The notes: a model not told the origin generated them from the sequence alone. A stretch of DNA of 32,000 bases from Pseudomonas aeruginosa (GCF_001457615.1 NZ_LN831024.1:2070001-2102000); one strand, 5' to 3'; positions 1-8,844 are shown, counted from the first letter of the stretch. Program-made: numbers and translations.

Positions 1-1946
1 CGGTCCACGCGGTGAACTGGGAAGACCACCTGGACGCCGGCGGCACGCTGGCGGTGGAGTTCAGCGGCAAGGGCTCGGGCATCGACAACACCCATTTCGG
101 GGCGCTGAAGGTCAAGGATGCGATCGTCGACAACCTGCGCGAGCGCTCCGGCCGACGCCCGTCGGTGGACAAGGTCAATCCGGACGTGCGCGTCCACCTG
201 CACCTCGACCGCGGCCAGGCGACCCTCTCCTTGGACCTCTCCGGGCATAGCCTGCACCAGCGCGGCTATCGTCTGCAGCAGGGCGCCGCGCCGCTGAAGG
301 AGAACCTGGCGGCGGCGGTGTTGATCCGTGCCGGCTGGCCGAAGATCGCCGCCGAGGGCGGTGCCCTGGCCGACCCGATGTGCGGCGTCGGCACCTTCCT
401 GGTCGAGGCGGCGCTGATGGCTGCCGATATCGCGCCGAACCTCAGGCGCGAGCGCTGGGGCTTCAGCAATTGGCTGGGTCACGTGCCGGCGCTGTGGCGC
501 AAGCTCCACGAGGAAGCCCAGCAGCGCGCGGCGACCGGCCTGGCCAGGCCGCCGTTGTGGATTCGCGGCTACGAGGCCGACCCGCGCCTGATCCAGCCGG
601 CGCGCAACAATATCGAGCGTGCCGGAGTGGCCGACTGGGTGAAGATCTACCAGGGCGAACTGGCGACTTTCGAGCCGCGCCCGGACAAGGGCCAGACCGG
701 CCTGGTGATCTGCAACCCGCCCTATGGCGAGCGTCTCGGCGACGAAGCCAGCCTGCTGTATCTCTACCAGAACCTCGGCGAGCGCCTGCGCCAGAGCTGC
801 ATCGGCTGGAGCGCCGGGGTGTTTACCGGGGCGCCGGAACTGGGCAAGCGCATGGGCATCCGCAGCCATAAGCAATACGCGTTCTGGAACGGCGCGCTGG
901 CCTGCAAGCTGCTGATGATCCAGGTCGAGCCGCGCCAGTTCGTCACCGGCGAGCGTGGCGAACGCAACGACGAAGGCCTGGCACGGGCGCCGAGCGAGCC
1001 GGCACGGCTGAGCGAGGGGGGGCAGATGTTCGCCAATCGCCTGCAGAAGAACCTCCGGCAACTGGGCAAATGGGCGCGCCGCGACAAGATCGAGTGCTAT
1101 CGCCTGTATGACGCCGACATGCCGGAGTATGCCCTGGCGGTGGATATCTACGGCGATTGGGTTCACGTCCAGGAGTACGCCGCGCCCAAGTCGATCGATC
1201 CGGCAAAAGCCCAGGCGCGCCTGTTCGACGCCCTGGCGGCGATTCCGCAGACCCTGGGCGTTGCCCAGGAGCGAGTGGTGGTCAAGCGCCGCGAGCGCCA
1301 GGCCGGCAAGAAGCAGTACGAACGGCAGAGCAGCGAGGGCAAGTTCCTCGAGGTGGGTGAGGGCGATGTGCGCCTGCTGGTGAACCTGACCGATTACCTG
1401 GATACCGGGCTGTTCCTCGATCACCGGCCGATGCGCCTGCGCATCCAGAAGGAGGCGGCCGGCAAGCGCTTCCTCAACCTGTTCTGCTATACCGCCACGG
1501 CCACCGTACATGCGGCCAGGGGCGGCGCGCGCAGCACCACCAGCGTCGACCTGTCGAAGACCTACCTGGACTGGGCGCGCCGCAACCTGTCGCTCAACGG
1601 CTTTTCCGACAAGCAGCGCCTGGTGCACGGCGACGTGATGGAGTGGTTGCGGGAAGACGATGGCCAGTACGAACTGATCTTCATCGACCCGCCGACCTTC
1701 TCCAACTCCAAGCGCATGGAAGGCGTGTTCGACGTGCAGCGCGACCACGTCGAACTGCTCGACCTGGCCATGGCGCGGCTGGCGCCGGGCGGGGTGCTGT
1801 ATTTCTCCAACAACTTCCGCAAGTTCGAACTGGACGAGAGCGTGCAGGCCCGCTATGCGGTCGAAGAGATCACTGGCGAAACCCTCGATCCGGATTTCGC
1901 GCGTAATCCGAAGATCCATCGGGCCTGGAGAATCACCGTTCGCTGA
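1..1946 (+). CDS. rlmL: 23S rRNA m2G2445/m7G2069 methyltransferase RlmKL, 5'-truncated by the window edge. The frame is open back to position 3.
   Basis: 644-aa ORF track entry (12..1946) whose frame continues to the window start. There are two SAM-methyltransferase modules, with motifs ICNPPYGERLG and FIDPPTFSNSKRM. The codon third-position GC bias is typical. The stop is followed by a hairpin terminator. Confidence 0.9.
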   Translation, partial: VHAVNWEDHLDAGGTLAVEFSGKGSGIDNTHFGALKVKDAIVDNLRERSGRRPSVDKVNPDVRVHLHLDRGQATLSLDLSGHSLHQRGYRLQQGAAPLKENLAAAVLIRAGWPKIAAEGGALADPMCGVGTFLVEAALMAADIAPNLRRERWGFSNWLGHVPALWRKLHEEAQQRAATGLARPPLWIRGYEADPRLIQPARNNIERAGVADWVKIYQGELATFEPRPDKGQTGLVICNPPYGERLGDEASLLYLYQNLGERLRQSCIGWSAGVFTGAPELGKRMGIRSHKQYAFWNGALACKLLMIQVEPRQFVTGERGERNDEGLARAPSEPARLSEGGQMFANRLQKNLRQLGKWARRDKIECYRLYDADMPEYALAVDIYGDWVHVQEYAAPKSIDPAKAQARLFDALAAIPQTLGVAQERVVVKRRERQAGKKQYERQSSEGKFLEVGEGDVRLLVNLTDYLDTGLFLDHRPMRLRIQKEAAGKRFLNLFCYTATATVHAARGGARSTTSVDLSKTYLDWARRNLSLNGFSDKQRLVHGDVMEWLREDDGQYELIFIDPPTFSNSKRMEGVFDVQRDHVELLDLAMARLAPGGVLYFSNNFRKFELDESVQARYAVEEITGETLDPDFARNPKIHRAWRITVR

Positions 1947-1964
1947 GGCGAGCGGCATTCATGC

Positions 1965-2004
1965 AAAAGGCCGCCGGCGGGCAACCGCTGGCGGCCTTTT
2001 TTTC
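1965..2004. terminator. Bidirectional rho-independent terminator between convergent rlmL and dacB
   Basis: The sequence AAAAGGCCGCCGGCGGGCAACCGCTGGCGGCCTTTTTTT forms a GC-rich stem (GGCCGCC.../...GGCGGCC). An A-run lies on one side and a T-run on the other. Confidence 0.7.
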
Positions 2005-2014
2005 GTACTGCGCC

Positions 2015-3445
2015 TTATTTCCGCGCGTGCAGGCTCAGCAGTACCTGGTCGAGGATCGCCGAAGCGCCCCACGGCCGCGGGCTGTTGAGGATCGCCACCA
2101 CCACCCAGTTGTGGCCGCTGGCGTCGCGGCTGAAGCCGGCGAGGGCGCGCACGGTGTTGAGGGTGCCGGTCTTCACGTGCGCCTCGCCGACCAGTGCGGT
2201 GCGCCGCAGGCGTTTGCGCATGGTGCCGTCGAGGCCGGCCAGCGGCAGCGAGGAGATGTACTCCGCTGCATAGGGGCTGTGCCAGGCGGCTTGCAGCATC
2301 GCCGCCATCTCACGGGCGCTGACCCGTTCCTGGCGCGACAGTCCCGAGCCGTTCTCCATCACCAGGCGCGGCGCGGTGATGCCCTTGCGCGCTAGCCACT
2401 GCCGCACCACCCGCTGCGCGGCCTGGGCGTCGTCGCCGTCGGCACTGTTGCGGAACTGCGCGCCGATGGAGAGGAACAACTGCCGGGCCATGGTGTTGTT
2501 ACTGTATTTGTTGATGTCGCGGATGATCTCGACCAGGTCTGGCGAGAAGGCCTTGGCGATCAGCGTGGCGTTGCGCGGTACGCTGCCCTGGCGGTCCTTG
2601 CCGAGGATGCTGCCGCCCAGCTCCTGCCAGATGCCGCGCACCGCGCCGGCGGTGTAGCCGGGGTGGTCGAGCAGCGACATGTAGGTCTGCGCGCTACAGC
2701 CCTGGGGAATCTGTCCGGTGGCCAGCAGGGTGGTGCCGTCGAACTGGGTCACCGGGCTGAAGCGCAGCTTCGGCCAGGCCGGGCAGGTGGCCGGCGCGGT
2801 CATCTTCACCTGGTTGTCGATGCGTACGTTGGCCAGCGGCGGGTCCATCTGCACGTTGACCTTGTTGCCGTCGGTGCGCACCACCATGCGCACGCTCTTC
2901 AGGTTGACCAGCAGCGAGTCCGGACCGACCAGGAACGGCTTGGTGTCGTCGCCGCCGTCGTCGTTGAATACCGGCAACTGCGGGATGTTGAAGTAGCTGC
3001 GGTCGAGTACCAGGTCACCTGTGACCTTGGTCACGCCATTGGCGCGCAGGTCGCGCATCAGCAGCCAGAGCTTCTCCATGTTCAGTTTCGGATCGCCGCC
3101 GCCCTTGAGGTAGAGGTTGCCGTTGAGCACTCCGTTCTTGAGCTGGCCGTCGGTGTAGAACTCGGTCTTCCACTGGTAGGTCGGGCCGAGCATTTCCAGG
3201 GCGGCATAGGTGGTGAACAGCTTCATGGTCGAGGCCGGGTTCACCGATACGTCGGCGTTGTAGTAGGTGGGGTTGCCCGGGCCGTCGAGCGGAATCAGCA
3301 CCAGCGACAGATCGTTGCCGGTCAGCTTGTTGGTCTGCAGGGCTTTCTGCACGTTGGCCGGCAGGGTGGCGTTGACCTGGGCGAGGGTGGGAAGGGCGAA
3401 AGGCAGGAGCGTGGCGAAGGCAAGAGTACGCAGCGACTTGAACAT
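2015..3445 (-). CDS. dacB: D-alanyl-D-alanine carboxypeptidase/endopeptidase, penicillin-binding protein 4
   Basis: 476 aa with an N-terminal signal peptide (MFKSLRTLAFATLLPFALPTLAQ). All three PBP active-site motifs are present: STMK (ASTMKLFTT), SNN (KYSNNTMA) and KTG (HVKTGTLNT). The ORF is intact, so there is no sign of the dacB inactivation that, from established knowledge, derepresses AmpC. Confidence 0.95.
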   Translation of the reverse strand: MFKSLRTLAFATLLPFALPTLAQVNATLPANVQKALQTNKLTGNDLSLVLIPLDGPGNPTYYNADVSVNPASTMKLFTTYAALEMLGPTYQWKTEFYTDGQLKNGVLNGNLYLKGGGDPKLNMEKLWLLMRDLRANGVTKVTGDLVLDRSYFNIPQLPVFNDDGGDDTKPFLVGPDSLLVNLKSVRMVVRTDGNKVNVQMDPPLANVRIDNQVKMTAPATCPAWPKLRFSPVTQFDGTTLLATGQIPQGCSAQTYMSLLDHPGYTAGAVRGIWQELGGSILGKDRQGSVPRNATLIAKAFSPDLVEIIRDINKYSNNTMARQLFLSIGAQFRNSADGDDAQAAQRVVRQWLARKGITAPRLVMENGSGLSRQERVSAREMAAMLQAAWHSPYAAEYISSLPLAGLDGTMRKRLRRTALVGEAHVKTGTLNTVRALAGFSRDASGHNWVVVAILNSPRPWGASAILDQVLLSLHARK

Positions 3446-3753
3446 TAATGAAGAACCCTTGAAGACGGAGGGTAGAAAATGAAATGAAGATGAAAAACGA
3501 AGCGAACCTGAAAAAAGAGACGGACATCACGCGAAGAGGCCGTCTTGCTCATTATGCCGCAAGGCGGATAACGATGCGCTGGAGTTTCGCGGAGTTCGCC
3601 GTCATATCGCCGAATGGTCGGAACTGGTAGAGTGCGCCGGCAATCCGGCCGCGTCGCGCGGCTTGCCGGGGTTCGCCCGCGGCTCCAGCGGCGTCGGCTA
3701 CTGTCTGTAATGCGAGGCTCCGCCAATGGAGCGTCAATCCAGGAGATGCCGCC

Positions 3754-4098
3754 ATGGCTACGAATCGTTCCCGCCGCCTGCGCAAGAAATTGTGCGTCGA
3801 TGAATTCCAGGAGCTGGGTTTCGAATTGAACTTCCACTACAAGGAAGGCGTGGATGCCGATGCGGTGAACGCTTTCATGTTGCGCTTCATCGATCAGGCG
3901 ATCGAAGCCAACGAACTGACCTATGGCGGCTGCGACGAATTCGGTTTCGTCTGCCTGGCGCGCCGTGGCTCGGTCAATGAAGAGCAGCGGGCCCTGATCG
4001 AGGCCTGGTTGAAGCAGCAACCGGAACTGGCCAGCGTCGAGGTCGGCGCGTTGGTCGACGCCTGGTACCCGGAACAGCCTGTCCTGCCGAAGCTCTAA
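3754..4098 (+). CDS. yggL: YggL family (DUF469) 50S ribosome-associated protein
   Basis: 114 aa. The N-terminus MATNRSRRLRKKLCVDEFQELGF is the hallmark YggL start (NRSRRLRKK..DEFQELGF). Confidence 0.88.
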   Translation: MATNRSRRLRKKLCVDEFQELGFELNFHYKEGVDADAVNAFMLRFIDQAIEANELTYGGCDEFGFVCLARRGSVNEEQRALIEAWLKQQPELASVEVGALVDAWYPEQPVLPKL

Positions 4099-4105
4099 GC
4101 GATAG

Positions 4106-4136
4106 CGCCGCCATCCCGCCCGAGGATGGCGGTCGC
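4106..4136 (+). terminator. Putative terminator hairpin after yggL
   Basis: GCGCCGCCATCC-cgcccga-GGATGGCGGTCGC forms an imperfect stem of about 10 bp, 8 nt after the yggL stop. The downstream T-tract is weak (CTTCCCTCCCTTTCG). Confidence 0.4.
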
Positions 4137-4239
4137 GTCTTCCCTCCCTTTCGATCCTGCTCCGGCGCTATCTGGCCCGGCGCCCGTCGTGCTTCCCTTT
4201 GCCCTGCCAAGGCATGTCGGCGGCTTGTGGCCGTACATG

Positions 4240-4523
4240 CGGATAGCAATACTCCGAAACCCCTGACGAACTATTCAACTCGCTCTGGCAGATAACGAGC
4301 CGGGAAGGCGCGTATATATGCGGGTGTTTTTCATGCAGATAACCAGGCCAATTGCTTGGCAATATACGAGGTTTTGAATTCGCCGTAAGAAATAAATTAA
4401 GTTTCCGTGAGAATATTCCTTAAAGTATATGAGTTGCCATCGAGTATCTCGACAATATGGCTCCCGTCTATATCTTGCTCAGGAGAATTTTTTCTGAATT
4501 TTTATTGGCAAGGAAATCAGACA
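4240..4523 (+). promoter_or_regulatory. AT-rich upstream or regulatory region of rocA2
   Basis: There is a sharp compositional drop. My hand count gives 44 G+C in 120 nt (about 37%) over 4381..4500, in an otherwise GC-rich window. It contains runs such as AAGAAATAAATTAAGTTT and GAATTTTTTCTGAATTTTTATTGG, plus TTTCCGT / ATTCCTT heptads at 4402 and 4415. Confidence 0.5.
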
Positions 4524-5147
4524 ATGAGCCGTATCCTGATAGTCGACGATCATCCCGTGATTCGCATGGCCATGAAGATGTTGCTGGAAGCCGAAGGGCA
4601 CCAGATCGTCGGCGATACCGATAATGGCGTGGATGCCATCAGCCTCGGGCGGGAGCTGAAGCCGGACCTGGTCATCCTCGATATCGGCATTCCCAGGCTG
4701 GACGGCCTCGAGGTCATCAGCCGCCTGATGGTGCTGGCGTTGCCCCTGAAGATCCTCGTCCTGACCGGCCAGAGCGCCTCGCTCTTCGCCCTGCGCAGCA
4801 TGCAGGCGGGCGCCGCCGGGTTCGTCTGCAAGCAGGGCGGACTGGCCGAACTGGTGACGGCGGTGAATGCGGTCGCCTCGGGATACAGTTACTTTCCCAG
4901 CTCGGCCATGCGTCCTGTGCAACAGGGCGCCTATTCCGACGATGTGGAATTGCTCGGACGCCTGTCCGATCGCGAAGTATCGGTATTGCAATACCTCAGC
5001 CAGGGTTATTCGAACAAGCAGATATCCGAGCAGATGTTTATCAGCAACAAGACCGTCAGCACTTACAAGGCGCGCTTGTTGTTGAAGTTGAACGCCGGCT
5101 CGCTGGTGGATCTCATCGAGTTCGCCAAACGCAATACGCTTATCTAA
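4524..5147 (+). CDS. rocA2: NarL/FixJ (BvgA-like) response regulator with a REC domain and a LuxR-type HTH
   Basis: I re-called the start at ATG 4524 (MSRILIVDDHPVIRMA), giving 207 aa. The track ORF from 4407 adds 39 AT-rich codons with no homology-like features. REC motifs are DDHP and DLVILDIGIPRLDG. The C-terminal LuxR HTH is LSDREVSVLQYLSQGYSNKQISEQMFISNKTVSTYKARLLLKL. The symbol comes from recalled PAO1 synteny (PA3045). Confidence 0.85.
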   Translation: MSRILIVDDHPVIRMAMKMLLEAEGHQIVGDTDNGVDAISLGRELKPDLVILDIGIPRLDGLEVISRLMVLALPLKILVLTGQSASLFALRSMQAGAAGFVCKQGGLAELVTAVNAVASGYSYFPSSAMRPVQQGAYSDDVELLGRLSDREVSVLQYLSQGYSNKQISEQMFISNKTVSTYKARLLLKLNAGSLVDLIEFAKRNTLI

Positions 5148-5160
5148 GGGCCGGAACCGA

Positions 5161-7386
5161 ATGAAGTTCCAGAAACGCAGTGCGTGCATGCTTGGCCTGC
5201 TTCTCATATTCGCCTGCATGGCGGGATATGCCGTTCCGGCGAGGGCGACGGCTGGCGAATATTCTTCCATGCTCCGGATTCCCGCTCCGGATCGTCCGGG
5301 GGACGCCGATGTGGTCGACGAAGCGCCGCTACGCCAGGCTGCCGACGGGCTGCGCTCGCCATCCCCTTCCAGCCTGGTGCTCGGCCTGCTGGTGGCCTGC
5401 CTGGTCTGCGTCGGATGCCTGGGCTGGAATACCGTCCTGCAGCTCAGGCTCAGGCGTTGGCAACGTACCGAAGCCGACCTGAGCGGCCGCCTGGCATTGA
5501 AGCAGGCGCTGGTCGACGGGATTCCCTACCCGGTGAGCATCCGCACGCTCGACGGTCGCCTGCTGGCCTGCAACCGCAATTACCTGGAAAGCCTGCGGAT
5601 GACCCGTGAGCAGGCCCGCGGCACCCTGTTGACCGATTCCGACTGGGTCGAGGGCAGCAAGGCACGGCTCATGCACCAGCAGTGCCTGGCGGTGGCTCGG
5701 GGAGGAACGGCGAGCTTCACCGACATGGCGGTGCGCATCGGCGGGCAATTGCTGGAGATCCACCATTGGGTCACGCCCTACAGGGATCGCCAGGGCCGGG
5801 TGCTCGGCCTGATGAACGGCTGGATCGACATCACCGAACGGGAGCGCCTGGCCCGCCAGTTGCGCGAGGCGATGCGCCAGGCGGACGAGGCGAATCGGGC
5901 GAAGAGCGTCTTCCTGGCGACCATGAGCCACGAGATCCGTACGCCGATGAATGCGGTCATCGGCATCCTCGAACTGGTCCTGCAGCGCCTGGCGCCGGAG
6001 CAGCGCGAACGCGCCTCGCTGGAGGTCGCCTACGAGGCAGCGGGGTCGCTGCAACTGCTCATCGGCGACATCCTCGACGTCGCCAAGATCGAGTCCGGTC
6101 ACCTGACCCTCACGCCCGAGCGGGTTCGCCTGCGCCATGTCGTGGAGTCGGTGCGCCGCATGTTCGAAGGCCTGGCCCGGCAGAAAGGCCTCAGGCTCGT
6201 TGTGGAGCTGGACGATGCCCCGGGACGGGACGTGCTGATCGATCCCCTGCGCTTCAAGCAGGTGCTCTCCAACCTGGTGAGCAATGCGATCAAGTTCACC
6301 GAGCGGGGACAGGTGACGATCCGTCTCCAGGAAAGGAGCCTGGACGAGGGGAGGGCGATCGTCCGGGTGGACGTGGAGGATTCCGGTATCGGTATCGCTC
6401 CGGCGGACCAGGCGCGCCTGTTCCAGCCTTTCATCCAGGTGGCCAAGGGACGCACGGTGCAGGGCGGGACCGGCCTTGGGCTGGCGATCTGTCGGAAGTT
6501 GGTGGACCTCATGGGCGGCGATGTCGAGATGCACAGCGAGCCGGGCAAAGGCACCCGGGTGTCGCTCGACCTGCTCTTGCGCCAGTGCGGGCCGAAAATG
6601 CCTGAATCCGGCCAGGACCCGCTGGCAGCATCCATGGAGCCGTCTCGCCGCCTGCATATCCTCATCGCCGACGACTATCCGCCCAACCGGGTACTGCTGC
6701 GCCAGCAACTGGAGTTTCTCGGCCACCGGGTGGCGGAAGCGGAGGATGGCCAGGTGGCGCTGGAGCTCTGGGCCGACGAGCGCTTCGAGGTGCTGATCAG
6801 CGACTGCAACATGCCGCGCCTGAACGGCTATCAGCTGGCACGCAGGATACGCATCCAGGAACGGTGCGAGCGACGCGCGCCGATCCTGATCCTTGGCTAT
6901 ACCGCCGACGCCGAGCCGGACGAGGTACAGCGCTGCCGCGACGCGGGCATGGATGATTGCCTGTTCAAGCCGCTCGGCCTGGAGACCCTGCGCAACTACC
7001 TCGCGACCTCTTTCGGACGCGACGCCGCGCAGCCCCGGGGGCTCTATGATGCAGCCGCTCTCAGCAGCCTCGGCGGCGACCGCCCGGAACGGCTGCGCGA
7101 ACTGCTGGAGACCCTGCTAGGCAGCAACCGTCAGGACCTCCAGCGCCTTGCCATCCTCCTGCGCGAGGGCGACAGGACCCGGCTCGCCGAGCATGCCCAC
7201 CGCATCAAGGGCGCCGCACGGATGATCGGGGCGCGTACCCTGCTGGAGGCCTGCGAGGCCCTGGAGGACGCCTGCCGGCGAAGTGGCGACGGGGAGTGCC
7301 TGCAGGCGCCTGGCGAAAGACTCCGGCTGGCCCTGGAGGCGTTGCAGGAGGAACTCCAGGAGCAGTTGGCGGCCGCTGCGGTATGA
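5161..7386 (+). CDS. rocS2: Unorthodox hybrid sensor kinase (TM-TM-PAS-HisKA-HATPase-REC-Hpt)
   Basis: 741 aa. The H-box is MSHEIRTPMNAVIG. The ATPase G-boxes are DSGIGIAPADQARLFQPF and GGTGLGLAICRKLV. The receiver has ILIADDYPPNR, LISDCNMPRLNG and LFKPL. The Hpt motif is AHRIKGAARMIGA. The gene starts 13 nt after rocA2. The symbol comes from recalled synteny (PA3044). Confidence 0.85.
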   Translation: MKFQKRSACMLGLLLIFACMAGYAVPARATAGEYSSMLRIPAPDRPGDADVVDEAPLRQAADGLRSPSPSSLVLGLLVACLVCVGCLGWNTVLQLRLRRWQRTEADLSGRLALKQALVDGIPYPVSIRTLDGRLLACNRNYLESLRMTREQARGTLLTDSDWVEGSKARLMHQQCLAVARGGTASFTDMAVRIGGQLLEIHHWVTPYRDRQGRVLGLMNGWIDITERERLARQLREAMRQADEANRAKSVFLATMSHEIRTPMNAVIGILELVLQRLAPEQRERASLEVAYEAAGSLQLLIGDILDVAKIESGHLTLTPERVRLRHVVESVRRMFEGLARQKGLRLVVELDDAPGRDVLIDPLRFKQVLSNLVSNAIKFTERGQVTIRLQERSLDEGRAIVRVDVEDSGIGIAPADQARLFQPFIQVAKGRTVQGGTGLGLAICRKLVDLMGGDVEMHSEPGKGTRVSLDLLLRQCGPKMPESGQDPLAASMEPSRRLHILIADDYPPNRVLLRQQLEFLGHRVAEAEDGQVALELWADERFEVLISDCNMPRLNGYQLARRIRIQERCERRAPILILGYTADAEPDEVQRCRDAGMDDCLFKPLGLETLRNYLATSFGRDAAQPRGLYDAAALSSLGGDRPERLRELLETLLGSNRQDLQRLAILLREGDRTRLAEHAHRIKGAARMIGARTLLEACEALEDACRRSGDGECLQAPGERLRLALEALQEELQEQLAAAAV

Positions 7387-7409
7387 GCCCTTCCTTTCAG
7401 GAGGGGCTC
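7385..7409. terminator. Hairpin spanning both stop codons of convergent rocS2 and dgt. It may act as a shared terminator or RNA-stability element.
   Basis: GAGCCCTTCC-tttca-GGAGGGGCTC forms a 10-bp stem with one G-U pair. The rocS2 stop is at 7384-7386 and the dgt stop at 7397-7399, leaving only 10 nt between the genes. No U-tract is present on either side. Confidence 0.35.
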
Positions 7410-8728
7410 GAGCGTCCGGTCATTTCCCGGGCCATTTCCGTGGCGTAGCTGTCGGTCATGCCGGCGATGAAATCGATCACCTGGAGGAAGGCGCGGTACA
7501 GCGGCCACTGCGGGTCGGGCGCGTTGCGTCCGAGCAGGTCGAGGATGCGCCGGTTCTTGAACGACGGCGTATGCCCGCCATATTGCTCCAGCGCGGCGCC
7601 ACAGAAGGCGTTGAGGAGGATCTCCAGAGTGGTGTAGGCGCCGATCTCGTGGAGGGTCTTGCGCTTGTCCTGGAAGATCTTTTCCCGCGCGATGGCCTTG
7701 GCCCGCTGCACGCAGAGCTTGGCCGGGCCATGCATGTGTTCCACCAGGTCGCCGGCAAGCTGCCCGGCGAGCAGGGCCTGCTGCTGGTCGACGAAGGCAC
7801 GGGCGGCGGCATTGGTCAGGTGCTCGATGGCCTTGCCGCGGAGGATCGCCAGTTTACGCCGGCGGGAGTCCCTGGGGCCGAGTTGGCGATAGGTGTCGGG
7901 CAGGTCGTCGCCGACCAGGCCGAGCAGCAGCGCCTCGACCTCGCTGTATTCGAGCAGTTCCATTTCCAGGCCGTCTTCGAGGTCGATCAGGCCATAGCAG
8001 ATGTCGTCCGCCGCTTCCATCAGGTAGACCAGCGGATGGCGAGCCCAGCGCTCGTCGTCGAGTTGCGGCATGCCGAGCTTATGGGTGATCTGCTCGAGCA
8101 GCGGCAGTTCGCTCTGGTAGCAGCCGAACTTGTGCTTCTTGTAGCCCAGCGCTTCGGCGTGGCGCGAGGTCCAGGGGTACTTCAGGTAGGTACCCAGGGT
8201 TGCGTAGGTCAACCGCGTGCCGCCGTCGAACTGGTGGTATTCCAGTTGGGTGAGGACCCGGAAGCCCTGGGCGTTGCCTTCGAAGTGGAGAAAGTCGGAA
8301 CGCTCGGCGTCGCTCATCTCGTCCAGCCAGCCACGTCCGGCGGCTTGCTGGAACCAGTTGCGGATCGCGTCTTCGCCGGAGTGCCCGAATGGTGGGTTGC
8401 CGATGTCGTGGGCCAGGCAGGCCGACTGGACGATGACCCCGAGGTCGCTGGGGTCGCACCACTCGGGTAGTTCCTCGCGGAGGATCTCGCCGACCCGCAT
8501 GCCCAGCGAGCGGCCGACGCAGGCGACTTCCAGGGAGTGGGTCAGGCGGGTGTGGATGTGATCGTTGCTGGAGACCGGATGGACCTGGGTCTTGCGTCCG
8601 AGGCGGCGAAACGCGCCGGAGAAGATGATCCGGTCATGGTCCTTGTGGAAGGCGCTGCGGCCCAGTTCATCGTTGCTGTGTACCGGCTTTCCGAGCCGTT
8701 CGCGGGTGAGCAGGGTCTGCCAGTCCAT
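7397..8728 (-). CDS. dgt: Deoxyguanosinetriphosphate triphosphohydrolase-like protein (HD-domain dNTPase)
   Basis: 443 aa. HD-domain metal-binding motifs are [13 protein letters not shown] and [16 protein letters not shown]. The N-terminus [23 protein letters not shown] is typical of the Dgt family. Confidence 0.9.
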   Translation of the reverse strand: MDWQTLLTRERLGKPVHSNDELGRSAFHKDHDRIIFSGAFRRLGRKTQVHPVSSNDHIHTRLTHSLEVACVGRSLGMRVGEILREELPEWCDPSDLGVIVQSACLAHDIGNPPFGHSGEDAIRNWFQQAAGRGWLDEMSDAERSDFLHFEGNAQGFRVLTQLEYHQFDGGTRLTYATLGTYLKYPWTSRHAEALGYKKHKFGCYQSELPLLEQITHKLGMPQLDDERWARHPLVYLMEAADDICYGLIDLEDGLEMELLEYSEVEALLLGLVGDDLPDTYRQLGPRDSRRRKLAILRGKAIEHLTNAAARAFVDQQQALLAGQLAGDLVEHMHGPAKLCVQRAKAIAREKIFQDKRKTLHEIGAYTTLEILLNAFCGAALEQYGGHTPSFKNRRILDLLGRNAPDPQWPLYRAFLQVIDFIAGMTDSYATEMAREMTGRSSPS

Positions 8729-8815
8729 CGGGAATTCCAGGGATGCGCTGAGGCGATGCGGACACGCTAACGGTTTGCCTTGGCAAGCTCAATCGTCGCG
8801 TTGGGGAAACGGAGG

Positions 8816-8839
8816 GCGCCGACCGTTGCCGGTCGGCGC
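8816..8839 (-). terminator. Putative terminator after the yqjK-like gene
   Basis: GCGCCGACCG-ttgc-CGGTCGGCGC forms a perfect 10-bp GC-rich stem 6 nt downstream of the 8845 stop. On the minus strand it is followed by CCTCCGTTTCCCC, a weak U-tract. Confidence 0.5.
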
Positions 8840-8844
8840 ATCCT

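Noticed and set aside
3015-3530. A 171-aa minus-strand ORF starting in the dacB upstream region (MMSVSFFRFASFFIFISF...)
   Set aside because: It runs out of frame through the 5' part of dacB. Its N-terminus is merely the translation of the polypyrimidine tract. There is no RBS and no family signature.
4407-4523. N-terminal extensions of real genes in the ORF track: rocA2 from 4407, Amt from 10190, TetR from 15185, snr1 from 16920, moaB from 19036 and GlpD-like from 23678
   Set aside because: The extensions lack RBSs, run through intergenic or AT-rich DNA or through genes on the opposite strand, and precede internal ATGs. Those ATGs have good RBSs and family-typical N-termini such as signal peptides, REC or HTH starts.
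7397-8728. The dGTPase as a possible anti-phage nucleotide-depletion defence gene
   Set aside because: It is embedded in conserved core synteny. It has no neighbouring defence, mobile or hypervariable genes, and it looks like the housekeeping Dgt-family paralogue. There is no sequence-based reason to call it a defence system.
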